From the NCBI RefSeq assembly GCF_000011805.1, contig NC_006840.2: a DNA stretch of 32,000 nucleotides, one strand, 5' to 3'. The notes under the pieces were generated by a model that saw only the letters and a program-made list of their open reading frames with translations, ran no database searches and was not told the origin of the DNA. Position numbers and translations under genes: made by a program. Below are positions 21,331-29,742 of the stretch, piece after piece. Positions within the stretch are counted from its first letter, which is position 1. Each line of letters begins with the position of its first letter. The DNA is from Aliivibrio fischeri ES114. GTDB taxonomy: Bacteria; Pseudomonadota; Gammaproteobacteria; Enterobacterales; Vibrionaceae.

Positions 21331-21415
21331 TTGTCTAATTCCTTTAGCCGTTTGGATGGCTAAACAATGACGTTTTTTTTCTCACTGTACAATTTCTAAT
21401 CTTTCACTTTGATTA

Positions 21416-21428
21416 TGAATTATATTCA
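21416..21428. promoter_or_regulatory. Putative MetR binding site (TGAA-N5-TTCA)
   Basis: tgaattatattca in the metE-metR intergenic region matches the LysR-type MetR consensus TGAANNNNNTTCA. Confidence 0.45.
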
Positions 21429-21466
21429 ACTAAACCAAATTTCATTTAAATCGATTAACTTCATTT

Positions 21467-21482
21467 AGCCGTCTAGATGTTT
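21467..21482. promoter_or_regulatory. Putative tandem MetJ boxes
   Basis: agccgtct agatgttt matches two tandem AGACGTCT met boxes at 13 of 16 positions. It lies about 70 nt upstream of the metR ATG. Confidence 0.4.
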
Positions 21483-21550
21483 ACTTTGTTGTCTTTTCAC
21501 TTTACTGTGAAGATAATTAAACTTACTCAAACGGAACTTGAGGATCAGTA

Positions 21551-22462
21551 ATGATTGAATTAAAACATCTAAAAACCTTAACTACGCTGCGTGATACGGG
21601 ATCGTTAACCGCAACAGCAAACGCACTTCATCTCACTCAATCGGCGTTATCGCATCAACTTAAAGATTTTGAAACACGTTTAGGCAGCAGCGTATTTTTA
21701 CGAAAAACACGCCCAGTAAAGTTCACCTCTGAAGGTGAGATCCTATTAAAACTCGCCGATGATCTTTTACCTAAGTTAGCAAAAGCGGAATACGAAATTG
21801 CCAGTTTGAAAGAAGATCTACATGGAAGATTACACATGGCGATTGAATGCCACTCCTGCTTTCAATGGCTAATGCCAGCAATTAAAGAATATCAAATCAG
21901 TTGGCCTGAAGTGGAATTAGATTTCTCATCGGGTTTTGGGTTTGAGCCTTTACCTGCTTTGGTTAATGGTGATTTAGATCTTGTTATTACCTCTGATATT
22001 CAGCCACGCAGTGAAGTGCATTATGAACCTCTCTTTGATTTTGAAATGCGCTTAATCATGGCAACCAATCACCCACTTGCTAATAAAGACAGCATTGAAC
22101 CAAAAGACTTATTAGATCAAACCATGTTGACTTATCCGGTACAAAAGCAACGATTGGATGTCGTTAAGCATTTCTTATCACCGAATCATGTAGAGCCAGC
22201 AAAATGGAAACAAGCCGAAAACACATTGATGTTAGTACAAATGGTATCAGCAGGTTTAGGAGTAGCAGCTCTACCAAATTGGGCTATCAGTGAGTTTTCA
22301 CGACAAGGACTAATTGAGAGTAAACCGTTAGGGAAAGGATTGTGGCGAAGATTGTTCGCTGCCGTTAGAGACAGCGAACATGATAAAAAATATTTACAAG
22401 CATTTTTCTCTACTGCGAAACAGCAGAGCCAGAGTCATTTAGTTGGGATTAAAATGACTTAA
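21551..22462 (+). CDS. metR: LysR-family transcriptional activator MetR
   Basis: 303 aa with an N-terminal LysR HTH (LTATANALHLTQSALSHQLKDFE). It is divergent from metE, as in enterobacteria. Confidence 0.9.
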   Translation: MIELKHLKTLTTLRDTGSLTATANALHLTQSALSHQLKDFETRLGSSVFLRKTRPVKFTSEGEILLKLADDLLPKLAKAEYEIASLKEDLHGRLHMAIECHSCFQWLMPAIKEYQISWPEVELDFSSGFGFEPLPALVNGDLDLVITSDIQPRSEVHYEPLFDFEMRLIMATNHPLANKDSIEPKDLLDQTMLTYPVQKQRLDVVKHFLSPNHVEPAKWKQAENTLMLVQMVSAGLGVAALPNWAISEFSRQGLIESKPLGKGLWRRLFAAVRDSEHDKKYLQAFFSTAKQQSQSHLVGIKMT

Positions 22463-22673
22463 ATTGATTTGTTAATGGGTCATATTGGTAACCCAAACTA
22501 CTGAGCTTGTCTTGAACTCCTTGTGTATCAAGCTCATACATGCTGGATAACTCTTCTAGACTGTGGCATTCCAAGCGCAATTTTTCATTTATGATGCCGA
22601 GTAGAATTCCACTTTCTAGGCCATGTGCATTGCTTAAATCCAATCTATACCCTCCATGTTGCTTAAGAGACAA
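22449..22673 (-). CDS. DUF4250 domain-containing protein (74 aa)
   Basis: The pattern LLGIINEKLRLECHSLEELSSMYELDTQGVQDKLSSLGYQYDPLTNQFK fits my recollection of the DUF4250 family signature (..N.KLR....sLeEl......d...l..KL...GY.YD...NQF). Confidence 0.6.
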   Translation of the reverse strand: MSLKQHGGYRLDLSNAHGLESGILLGIINEKLRLECHSLEELSSMYELDTQGVQDKLSSLGYQYDPLTNQFKSF

Positions 22674-22710
22674 ACTTAGAGTAGACCAATTTTCGAACAG
22701 AATGTTTGCT

Positions 22711-23418
22711 CTATCTCACAAAAAACAACTGAAACTGATAATAACCAGAAATAGCCATAATAACGTTCGCTATTAGTAAAAATTGCCACTTGATCGCCTG
22801 TTGTTTAAACAAGTGATAAGTCCAAAAACCAATACTTAATAGCATCAAACCTAAAGCAATGGCTAACTTCACTGCCATACGATCTAGAAAAATCTCATGA
22901 ACACTTAGTGTTTGGCAAAGTAAAATCACAGCCATAATGATACCGCCAACGATACCACTAATTGGTAAAATTTTATGGAATGCTTGCAGACGAGTACGAG
23001 CAAGAGCTAAAAGCAAATGAGCAAGTAGAGCACCAAAAATAAATGGACCAACTAACGCATAAAATAATTGCGTAAATGAACCTGAACCAAGCGCTAAATT
23101 AACAAAACTTGCAGCAGCAAAACCATTGGCTAATGCCAAAACAATTAATGGCCCTTTGTCTCGTGTTTTACCCGTTTTTACACTTAAATAAAAACCAGTA
23201 ATTGCGATTGCAGGAATAAAATTCATTGCAAATATCGGTGCGTAAGTCATACCAAAACCAGCAATCGCACACCAACCTAAAATTAGAGCAGGCAACCACT
23301 TATGTACGCGACCACGTTGACCTGGGCAAATATCCCCTTTATGCAAAATAATGGTCAAAATAATTTGAGCACCAAGCAAAGCAGGAATAAGGATATATTG
23401 CATAGTTTGAAATAACAT
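22711..23418 (-). CDS. Polytopic inner-membrane protein of unknown function (235 aa, about 7 hydrophobic segments)
   Basis: A long ORF with strongly hydrophobic periodic segments. It lies upstream of, and on the same strand as, the DUF4250 gene, with a 37-nt gap. Confidence 0.6.
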   Translation of the reverse strand: MLFQTMQYILIPALLGAQIILTIILHKGDICPGQRGRVHKWLPALILGWCAIAGFGMTYAPIFAMNFIPAIAITGFYLSVKTGKTRDKGPLIVLALANGFAAASFVNLALGSGSFTQLFYALVGPFIFGALLAHLLLALARTRLQAFHKILPISGIVGGIIMAVILLCQTLSVHEIFLDRMAVKLAIALGLMLLSIGFWTYHLFKQQAIKWQFLLIANVIMAISGYYQFQLFFVR

Positions 23419-23527
23419 AATGAAGTTCTATTTACGGAATTTGAATCAGACTAGTATAAACGCTATTTTCCCTTCGTCTAGTCACGGTTAAAAAACAACC
23501 TATTCTTATTAAGATCTCAAAAATACC

Positions 23528-23541
23528 TTGATTAATTTCAA
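23528..23541. promoter_or_regulatory. FNR-like site (TTGAT-N4-TTCAA)
   Basis: ttgattaatttcaa has one mismatch to TTGAT-N4-ATCAA. It lies in the divergent intergenic region upstream of dcuC, which is FNR-activated in E. coli. Confidence 0.3.
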
Positions 23542-23748
23542 GTTCTTATCCTTTTTTAACAATAAAAATAACAATTATTCATCGCACTATTAACAGAATT
23601 GTTTTTTGTTTGTTTTAGATCATATAGATGCAAAGTATCAGATGTGCCACAGATAAAACTTAGGTAAATTTGTGTGATGAAATGTGTAAGAAGATATTTA
23701 TTAATTACACATTTTTTGAATATTTGAAACTTTATAGAGGGAAATTCC

Positions 23749-25119
23749 ATGTTGGAGTTATTAATTGGTTTAGTAATCACCATATTTGTTGGTTACTTTA
23801 TCGTAAAAGGATATAAAGCTGCAGGCGTGTTACTGACAGCAGGTTTAGCACTGCTAATTATTGCAGGTCTTTTAGGTCATTCAGTTCTTCCTGCAAAAGT
23901 AACGGCTACAGGTAGCCTACTAACAGATGCGCTTGAGTATGTAAAATACATGCTTCAGTACCGTGGCGGCGGCTTAGGTATGCAAATCATGCTACTTTGT
24001 GGTTTTGCCTCTTACATGACTCACATCGGTGCAAACAATGTGGTTGTTAAGCAATTTTCAAAACCACTGGCATTCATTAAATCACCTTACATTCTATTAG
24101 TTGCCGCTTATATCGTAGCATGTCTAATGTCTCTTGCTGTAAGTTCAGCTACGGGCCTTGGGGTTCTATTAATGGCAACCCTATTCCCGATGATGACGGC
24201 AATGGGTATCTCACGCCCTGCAGCAGTTGCAGTGTGTGCATCACCAGCAGCAATCATCCTTTCACCTACATCAGGTGACGTCATTGTTGCAGCAGAAAAA
24301 TCAGGTTTACCTCTTCATGTTTTCGCAGTTGAAACCGTACTTCCTGTATCAATTTGTGCAATCATCGTTATGGCAGCAGCCGCGTTCTTCTGGAATAAAT
24401 ACCTTGATAAGAAAGAAAACACACCAATGGAGAAAGTCGATATTTCTGCAATGGAAGTGAACGCACCATCTTACTATGCGATTCTTCCCTTCTTACCTAT
24501 CGTAGGTGTTTTCCTGTTTAACGGCGAGACAATCCCAGGTCTATCTTTAGATATTTACACTATCGTTGTTGGTTCTATCTTTATTGGTGCGTTAGTTAAC
24601 TTTACGACCAATAAACTGAACGGTAAAAAAACATTAGAAGATTTAGAATCTTGTTATGAAGGTATGGCTGATGCATTTAAAGGCGTAGTTATGCTATTGG
24701 TTGCTGCGGGTGTATTTGCTCAAGGTCTAATGTCTGTTGGCGCAATTGATAACCTACTTCACTTAGCTGATAAAGCAGGTGCGGGTGGTATGGCTCTAAT
24801 GCTTCTACTAACCGGTTTAACCGTTGCTGCTGCTATCGCAACAGGTTCTGGTAATGCGCCTTTCTACGCATTCGTAGAGCTTGCTCCTCAGCTTGCTGGT
24901 AAAATGGGTCTTAGCCCTGCATTCCTTATCATTCCAATGCTTCAAGCATCTAACCTTGGTCGTACTATTTCACCAGTATCTGGCGTTATCGTTGCGACAT
25001 CTGGTATGGCAAAAATCAGCCCATTTGAAGTGGTAAAACGTACATCTGTTCCGGTTATCTGTGGCTTAATCACAGTAATCATCGGTACTATGGTTCTTGT
25101 TCCAATGTACGCGCAGTAA
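23749..25119 (+). CDS. dcuC: Anaerobic C4-dicarboxylate transporter DcuC
   Basis: 456 aa, colinear with E. coli DcuC (ELLIG...IVKGY; MLQASNLGRT.SPVSGV; KISPFEVVKRTSVPV). Confidence 0.92.
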   Translation: MLELLIGLVITIFVGYFIVKGYKAAGVLLTAGLALLIIAGLLGHSVLPAKVTATGSLLTDALEYVKYMLQYRGGGLGMQIMLLCGFASYMTHIGANNVVVKQFSKPLAFIKSPYILLVAAYIVACLMSLAVSSATGLGVLLMATLFPMMTAMGISRPAAVAVCASPAAIILSPTSGDVIVAAEKSGLPLHVFAVETVLPVSICAIIVMAAAAFFWNKYLDKKENTPMEKVDISAMEVNAPSYYAILPFLPIVGVFLFNGETIPGLSLDIYTIVVGSIFIGALVNFTTNKLNGKKTLEDLESCYEGMADAFKGVVMLLVAAGVFAQGLMSVGAIDNLLHLADKAGAGGMALMLLLTGLTVAAAIATGSGNAPFYAFVELAPQLAGKMGLSPAFLIIPMLQASNLGRTISPVSGVIVATSGMAKISPFEVVKRTSVPVICGLITVIIGTMVLVPMYAQ

Positions 25120-25143
25120 TTTTCAAATTTTACGTTTCTTATT

Positions 25144-25178
25144 AAACGCCAGTTGCTTAATACAACTGGCGTTTTTGT
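25144..25178 (+). terminator. Rho-independent terminator of dcuC
   Basis: A 12-bp stem aaacgccagttg / caactggcgttt with a 7-nt loop is followed by a T-run. Confidence 0.7.
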
Positions 25179-25317
25179 TCCATAGTTACTTAACTTACTT
25201 TCATTTATTCGGCGTTATTACAAAATCAGCCAATCATTCACCTGTAAAATCTATCAGTTCCTTCATGTTGATTTATAAATATAAACTGCCCATACAACTG
25301 ACAAATATGGGGCGTCT

Positions 25318-26850
25318 ATGGCTAGGTTCAAACATCTTTTGGGTTTACTAATAATTTTTAGTCCTTTTTCAAGCTTAGCTGCGGCTACCACTGCTGACGA
25401 GCAATTATCTTTTGAGTCAACATCTAATGAAGAGAAACCATCAAGAAACGGTATTTATTCTCTTAAAGTTCCCAAAAACCACAAAAATCCTGACGGAGAA
25501 AAAGTTGATATTTACTATTTTTTTCATAAAGCCACTTCGGAAAGTGATCGCATAGGTCTTCTGTTTTTTAACTTCGGCGGCCCAGGAGCGGATGCAATAG
25601 GAGAGGCAAAATATACGATACAAGATCTCCCTGTGTCGATAACCAAATCTTTCGATCTGATTTTTTTAGATCCTAGAGGTACAGGTAAAAGTGCGTTCGC
25701 AGATAAAATCCGTAAATACGCGAATGAAGTCCGTAAATGTAAAGAAAAGCAAACTTGCGATACCGATGCATTTATCAAAGACATTGCCCTTCCTTATGAT
25801 GCATTTATAAAAGACATTGCCCCTTATATGGGAACGAATGCTGTGGCTGATGATATGGACGCCCTACGCGAGCATCTCGGTGAAGATAAAATTAGTTACC
25901 TCGGTTACTCATACGGAACGAGATTAGGTTCGATTTATGCAGAACGTTATCCTGATCGGATTCGTGCAGCTGTCCTTGACTCTGCAATGTCACCTATTTT
26001 TGAAAATGAAAGGGGACTAAGCATTGATCTGGCAAAAAACCATGAAAAAATTGCAGAATATCGATTAAATTATAGATTTGAGCGTTTAGAGAAACTAAGA
26101 AATATCGTTAGCATTGTACGAAATGAATCTAATTATCAGACAAATGATGGTTATAGCTTTGATAAAGAAAAAATATATACACTTTTGTATTTTTTAGTTG
26201 AAAAAGACAATGAAGATTCCATCGATTGGTTTAAGTCGAAGAAGTATGCCGCTATAACTAAGTTACTTGATACAGATGAGGGGAAAGATTTTCACGATAT
26301 ATACATTCAAGAGCAAAAAAAACAACAAGAGCAACAAGAGCAATCTACTATGGGCTTCGTGTATCCTATAGTTTCTTGTACGGATGAAATTACTCCTTTA
26401 ACAAATGAAGAAATAAGCAATGAGGATAAATACTGGCAATCATCAATGATATATGGTGGATTTTTATTTGAACTTTTCCAGACCTGTTTAAATTGGAAAG
26501 CAGAACGGTCACCGATTGCTAGTGCTGATGACATTAATAGAAATATTAGTTCCAATATTTTGATAATTGGAGGACGCTATGACCCAAACACAGCTTATAA
26601 CTGGGCAGAAGATATGCATAAAACCATAAAGTCCTCCACTCTTATTACAGTAGATGGATATAACTCAGTACAACATGGCTTTAGTTTTAGTGGTACCAAA
26701 TGTGTCGATAAAATAACGACTGAATACCTGTTTAATCCTTCGAAAAAAATTAGCGATACAACCTGTAAAAGATCTCCCCCAAATAATCTGATGTCTTCTC
26801 CCAAAAACTGGCGGGAACGTATTGAATATGAGCCTCTAAGTAAACCATAA
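25318..26850 (+). CDS. Secreted alpha/beta hydrolase, S33 / tripeptidyl-aminopeptidase (TAP)-like
   Basis: 510 aa with a signal peptide (MARFKHLLGLLIIFSPFSSLAAA), oxyanion motif FGGPG, nucleophile elbow GYSYG and a C-terminal TAP-like segment (IIGGRYDPNTAY...QHGFS). Confidence 0.75.
   Translation: MARFKHLLGLLIIFSPFSSLAAATTADEQLSFESTSNEEKPSRNGIYSLKVPKNHKNPDGEKVDIYYFFHKATSESDRIGLLFFNFGGPGADAIGEAKYTIQDLPVSITKSFDLIFLDPRGTGKSAFADKIRKYANEVRKCKEKQTCDTDAFIKDIALPYDAFIKDIAPYMGTNAVADDMDALREHLGEDKISYLGYSYGTRLGSIYAERYPDRIRAAVLDSAMSPIFENERGLSIDLAKNHEKIAEYRLNYRFERLEKLRNIVSIVRNESNYQTNDGYSFDKEKIYTLLYFLVEKDNEDSIDWFKSKKYAAITKLLDTDEGKDFHDIYIQEQKKQQEQQEQSTMGFVYPIVSCTDEITPLTNEEISNEDKYWQSSMIYGGFLFELFQTCLNWKAERSPIASADDINRNISSNILIIGGRYDPNTAYNWAEDMHKTIKSSTLITVDGYNSVQHGFSFSGTKCVDKITTEYLFNPSKKISDTTCKRSPPNNLMSSPKNWRERIEYEPLSKP
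25765..25827 (+). repeat. In-frame imperfect tandem duplication (33 nt + 30 nt) inside the hydrolase gene
   Basis: gatgcatttatcaaagacattgcccttccttat is followed by gatgcatttataaaagacattgccccttat. These encode DAFIKDIALPY / DAFIKDIAPY. Confidence 0.9.
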
Positions 26851-26864
26851 TCGTAGACATGATA

Positions 26865-26913
26865 AAAACTGTCAATAAACTGCTTCATGTTGTTCTTACT
26901 TATTGACAGTTTT
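26865..26913 (+). terminator. 14-bp perfect inverted repeat downstream of the hydrolase gene (possible terminator)
   Basis: aaaactgtcaataa (26865-26878) pairs with ttattgacagtttt (26900-26913) across a 21-nt loop. The stem is AT-rich, so the terminator call is weak. Confidence 0.35.
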
Positions 26914-27241
26914 CACTTTATTTGAGTCGACCTATAACTTAAAAACAACTAGGTAGGCATTTTCCTTACAAACAATTTACCTAATGCTCACGCAAATCTT
27001 ATAAATTAACGATACATTTAGCTTATCAATATTTATAACCATACGGACACATACTAATGATTAAAGATACGGCTATCATTTTCGCACTTTCCTTTTTAGC
27101 CATTTCTATCACCTATTTATGTCGTTTATATATGTAGTTCAACGAGCACTCGAACTCCCTTACTCATAATGAGGGCTTTCTTTTCTGGTTAATCCCACCT
27201 CAAATCGGTATAATTCGGCCTCCAAATTCTGAGGTGAACTA

Positions 27242-29611
27242 ATGCACAACGTAACTCCAATTAATCAATACCCGAAATTCTGGGCAGAATGCTATGGAAC
27301 GGCTCCGTTTCTACCAACCTCTCGTAAAGAGATGGAACAATTAGGATGGGATAGCTGCGACATCATTATTGTTACCGGAGATGCGTATGTTGACCATCCA
27401 AGTTTTGGTATGGCGATTATTGGACGTTTACTTGAATCTCAAGGTTTCCGTGTTGGTATTATTGCTCAGCCTAAATGGGACAATAAAGATGCGTTCATGA
27501 AGCTAGGAAAACCAAATTTATTTTTTGGTATTACTGCTGGCAACATGGATTCAATGATCAACCGCTATACATCAGATAAAAAACTTCGCCACGATGACGC
27601 CTACACGCCAAATAACGAAGGCGGAAAACGTCCTGATCGTGCTGTTCTTGTTTACTCGCAGCGTTGTCGTGAGGCTTTCAAAGACACACCGATTGTTTTA
27701 GGCGGTATTGAAGCAAGCTTACGCCGTTTAGCGCACTACGATTACTGGTCTGATAAAGTTCGCCGCTCAGTATTATTTGATGCAAAGGGCGACATTCTTC
27801 TTTTTGGTAATGCAGAACGTGCATTAGTTGAAGTCGCTCATCGTCTTGCTAATGGCGAAGACGTAAAAACAATGACCAACATTCGTGGTACCGCAGTGAA
27901 TTTACCTGCTGAACCAGAAGGCTTTAAGATCATTGATTCATCGCGCATTGAAAAGCCAAGCCAAGCCGTCTTTGTTCCTCAAAACCCTTACGAAACTGAA
28001 GAACAATGTGAGAGTAATAAAGCGGATGCTAAAGAAGACAAGCCGCAAGTTATTACCGTTCGTCCATCACGACATGACGCAAAAACGACGGCAGTTCGAC
28101 TTCCTCCATTCGAGAAGTTAAATAATGACCGTATTCTTTATGCTCATGCTAGCCGTGTTATGCATTTAGAAACCAATCCATACTCTGGACGTGCGCTAAT
28201 TCAACGCCACGGTGACCGTGAATTATGGGTAAACCAAGCGCCTATTCCACTCACGACAGAAGAAATGGATTTTGTGTTTGATTTACCTTTTGCTCGTGTT
28301 CCTCATCCAATGTACGGCAAAGCAAAAATCCCTGCATATGACATGATTAAAACATCGGTCAATATTATGCGTGGCTGTTTTGGTGGTTGTTCATTCTGTA
28401 GTATCACAGAACACGAAGGTCGCATCATTCAAAACCGTTCAAAAGAATCCATTTTGAACGAGTTAGAAGAAATTCGCGACAAAGTACCTGGATTTACAGG
28501 TACGATTTCAGATCTTGGTGGTCCAACAGCCAACATGTATCGTTTAGGTTGCTCAGTACCTAAAGCAGAAGCGACATGTCGTCGTCCATCATGCGTATTC
28601 CCTAAGATCTGTGAAAAGCTAAATACTGATCATAAACATACGATTGATTTATATCGTGAAGCACGAAAAGTAAAAGGCGTGAAAAAAGTCCTAATCGCAT
28701 CAGGTGTACGTTATGATTTAGCAATTGAATCTCCTGAATACGTTCGTGAATTAGTGACACATCACGTTGGTGGTTATTTAAAAATTGCCCCAGAACATAC
28801 TGAAAAAGGTCCATTAGATTTAATGATGAAGCCGGGTATGGGGACGTACGATCGCTTCAAGTCTATGTTTGAAAAATACAGCCAAGAAGCAGGCAAAAAA
28901 CAATATTTAATTCCTTACTTCATCTCAGCGCACCCGGGAACAGAAGATGAGGATATGCTTAATCTTGCTCTTTGGCTTAAGAAGAATAATTTTGAATGTG
29001 ACCAAGTTCAGAACTTCTATCCATCGCCTATGTGTAATGCAACATCCATGTATTATTCAGAAACGAACCCATTAAAACGCGTAAAATACAAAAAGCGTGA
29101 AGATGTACCAGTAGCTAAAGGTGAACGTCAACGCCGATTACATAAAGCGTTACTTCGTTATCATGATCCTAAAAACTGGAAGTTGATCCGTGAAGCACTT
29201 ATCAATATGGGTAAGAAACATTTAATTGGCGATAAGCCAAACTGTCTTGTTCCTGAAGAAGATTTAGATGCTCAAACACCAGCAGAACGTCGTCAAACTG
29301 GACGTCATGGTGCTAAACGCTTTGCGACTAAACATACGAAAGGCCAATTTGATGGCGATTCACGTACGAGTAATAATAACAATCGTAACGGAAAAAATAA
29401 TCGTAATGGCAAACCTGCAGGTCAAGGACAACAACAAAATCGTAATGGGAATGCACATTCAGAAAAACCGACATCAAGCGGTAAGAAAAATGGTGTTCGC
29501 AACGGTTACTCTAATGGAAAGCCTAGCAATAATAGCAAGCCAAGCGGCAATAAACCGTCAGCAAATAAGCCTTCAGGTTCAGGCCCTAAACGTAAGCCAA
29601 AACATCGTTAA
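27242..29611 (+). CDS. ygiQ: YgiQ family radical SAM protein (UPF0313)
   Basis: 789 aa with the YgiQ N-terminal domain ([21 protein letters not shown]), a radical-SAM CxxxCxxC motif (CFGGCSFC) and a GAGGTG RBS. It carries a long basic N/G/K/P/S-rich C-terminal tail. Confidence 0.9.
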   Translation: MHNVTPINQYPKFWAECYGTAPFLPTSRKEMEQLGWDSCDIIIVTGDAYVDHPSFGMAIIGRLLESQGFRVGIIAQPKWDNKDAFMKLGKPNLFFGITAGNMDSMINRYTSDKKLRHDDAYTPNNEGGKRPDRAVLVYSQRCREAFKDTPIVLGGIEASLRRLAHYDYWSDKVRRSVLFDAKGDILLFGNAERALVEVAHRLANGEDVKTMTNIRGTAVNLPAEPEGFKIIDSSRIEKPSQAVFVPQNPYETEEQCESNKADAKEDKPQVITVRPSRHDAKTTAVRLPPFEKLNNDRILYAHASRVMHLETNPYSGRALIQRHGDRELWVNQAPIPLTTEEMDFVFDLPFARVPHPMYGKAKIPAYDMIKTSVNIMRGCFGGCSFCSITEHEGRIIQNRSKESILNELEEIRDKVPGFTGTISDLGGPTANMYRLGCSVPKAEATCRRPSCVFPKICEKLNTDHKHTIDLYREARKVKGVKKVLIASGVRYDLAIESPEYVRELVTHHVGGYLKIAPEHTEKGPLDLMMKPGMGTYDRFKSMFEKYSQEAGKKQYLIPYFISAHPGTEDEDMLNLALWLKKNNFECDQVQNFYPSPMCNATSMYYSETNPLKRVKYKKREDVPVAKGERQRRLHKALLRYHDPKNWKLIREALINMGKKHLIGDKPNCLVPEEDLDAQTPAERRQTGRHGAKRFATKHTKGQFDGDSRTSNNNNRNGKNNRNGKPAGQGQQQNRNGNAHSEKPTSSGKKNGVRNGYSNGKPSNNSKPSGNKPSANKPSGSGPKRKPKHR

Positions 29612-29635
29612 CGACTAATACAAATCGTAGTAAAT

Positions 29636-29675
29636 ATAAAAAAAGCGAACCCAATAATGAGGTTCGCTTTTTATT
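29636..29675. terminator. Bidirectional terminator between convergent ygiQ and tyrS
   Basis: The stem agcgaacc (29644-29651) / ggttcgct (29661-29668) is flanked by an A-run and a T-run. Confidence 0.7.
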
Positions 29676-29742
29676 ATCTCAAATAATAATCATACTATGA
29701 TGGACTAGAGAATTATTTCCCTACTCCAGCACGATGGAATGC

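Noticed and set aside
1077-21338. The other short track ORFs nested inside or antisense to strong genes: 664-885, 1077-1331, 1415-1633, 2229-2471, 3526-3723, 3784-4062, 4731-4919, 5249-5545, 8034-8306, 10495-10695, 11986-12168, 13543-13749, 14355-14633, 16340-16531, 18981-19166, 19695-19913 and 21093-21338. Later ones are 21655-21837, 22540-22776, 24227-24460, 25441-25784, 26307-26555, 27933-28121, 28602-28814 and 29268-29618.
   Set aside because: Each overlaps a gene with unambiguous homology in another frame or strand. Each has a biased, low-complexity translation and no RBS. I treat them as spurious.
21331-21550. A cobalamin riboswitch upstream of metE, and by analogy T-box or attenuator leaders upstream of tyrS (31024-31300).
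   Set aside because: The intergenic regions are too short and AT-rich. I found no B12-box-like or T-box specifier/antiterminator motif on reading.
23556-23783. A 75-aa minus-strand ORF in the dcuC promoter region.
   Set aside because: It lies in AT-rich intergenic DNA, overlaps the dcuC start codon, has an N/I/K/F/Y-rich composition typical of random AT-rich ORFs, and has no RBS.
25097-25351. An 84-aa plus-strand ORF bridging the dcuC 3' end and the hydrolase start.
   Set aside because: It reads straight through the dcuC terminator hairpin and overlaps both neighbouring genes out of frame. It is a chance ORF.
26595-26888. A 97-aa minus-strand ORF antisense to the 3' end of the hydrolase gene.
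   Set aside because: Apart from its 38-nt 5' end, it is embedded antisense in a gene with clear family motifs. It has no recognisable domain, and an AT-rich antisense frame is expected to stay open by chance.
27057-27190. A 26-aa hydrophobic mini-ORF (MIKDTAIIFALSFLAISITYLCRLYM, 27057-27137) is followed by a weak hairpin plus T-rich tract (27157-27190), upstream of ygiQ. It could be a small membrane peptide or a type I toxin-like gene.
   Set aside because: There is no Shine-Dalgarno sequence in front of the ATG. The region is very AT-rich, so short hydrophobic ORFs arise by chance. The hairpin is only about 6 bp with a G-U pair. It is worth a conservation check, but the sequence alone does not support it.
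27196-27236. The inverted repeat cacctca...tgaggtg could sequester the ygiQ Shine-Dalgarno sequence.
   Set aside because: A good -10 hexamer (tataat, 27208-27213) lies between the arms. The upstream arm is therefore probably not transcribed and cannot pair with the RBS.
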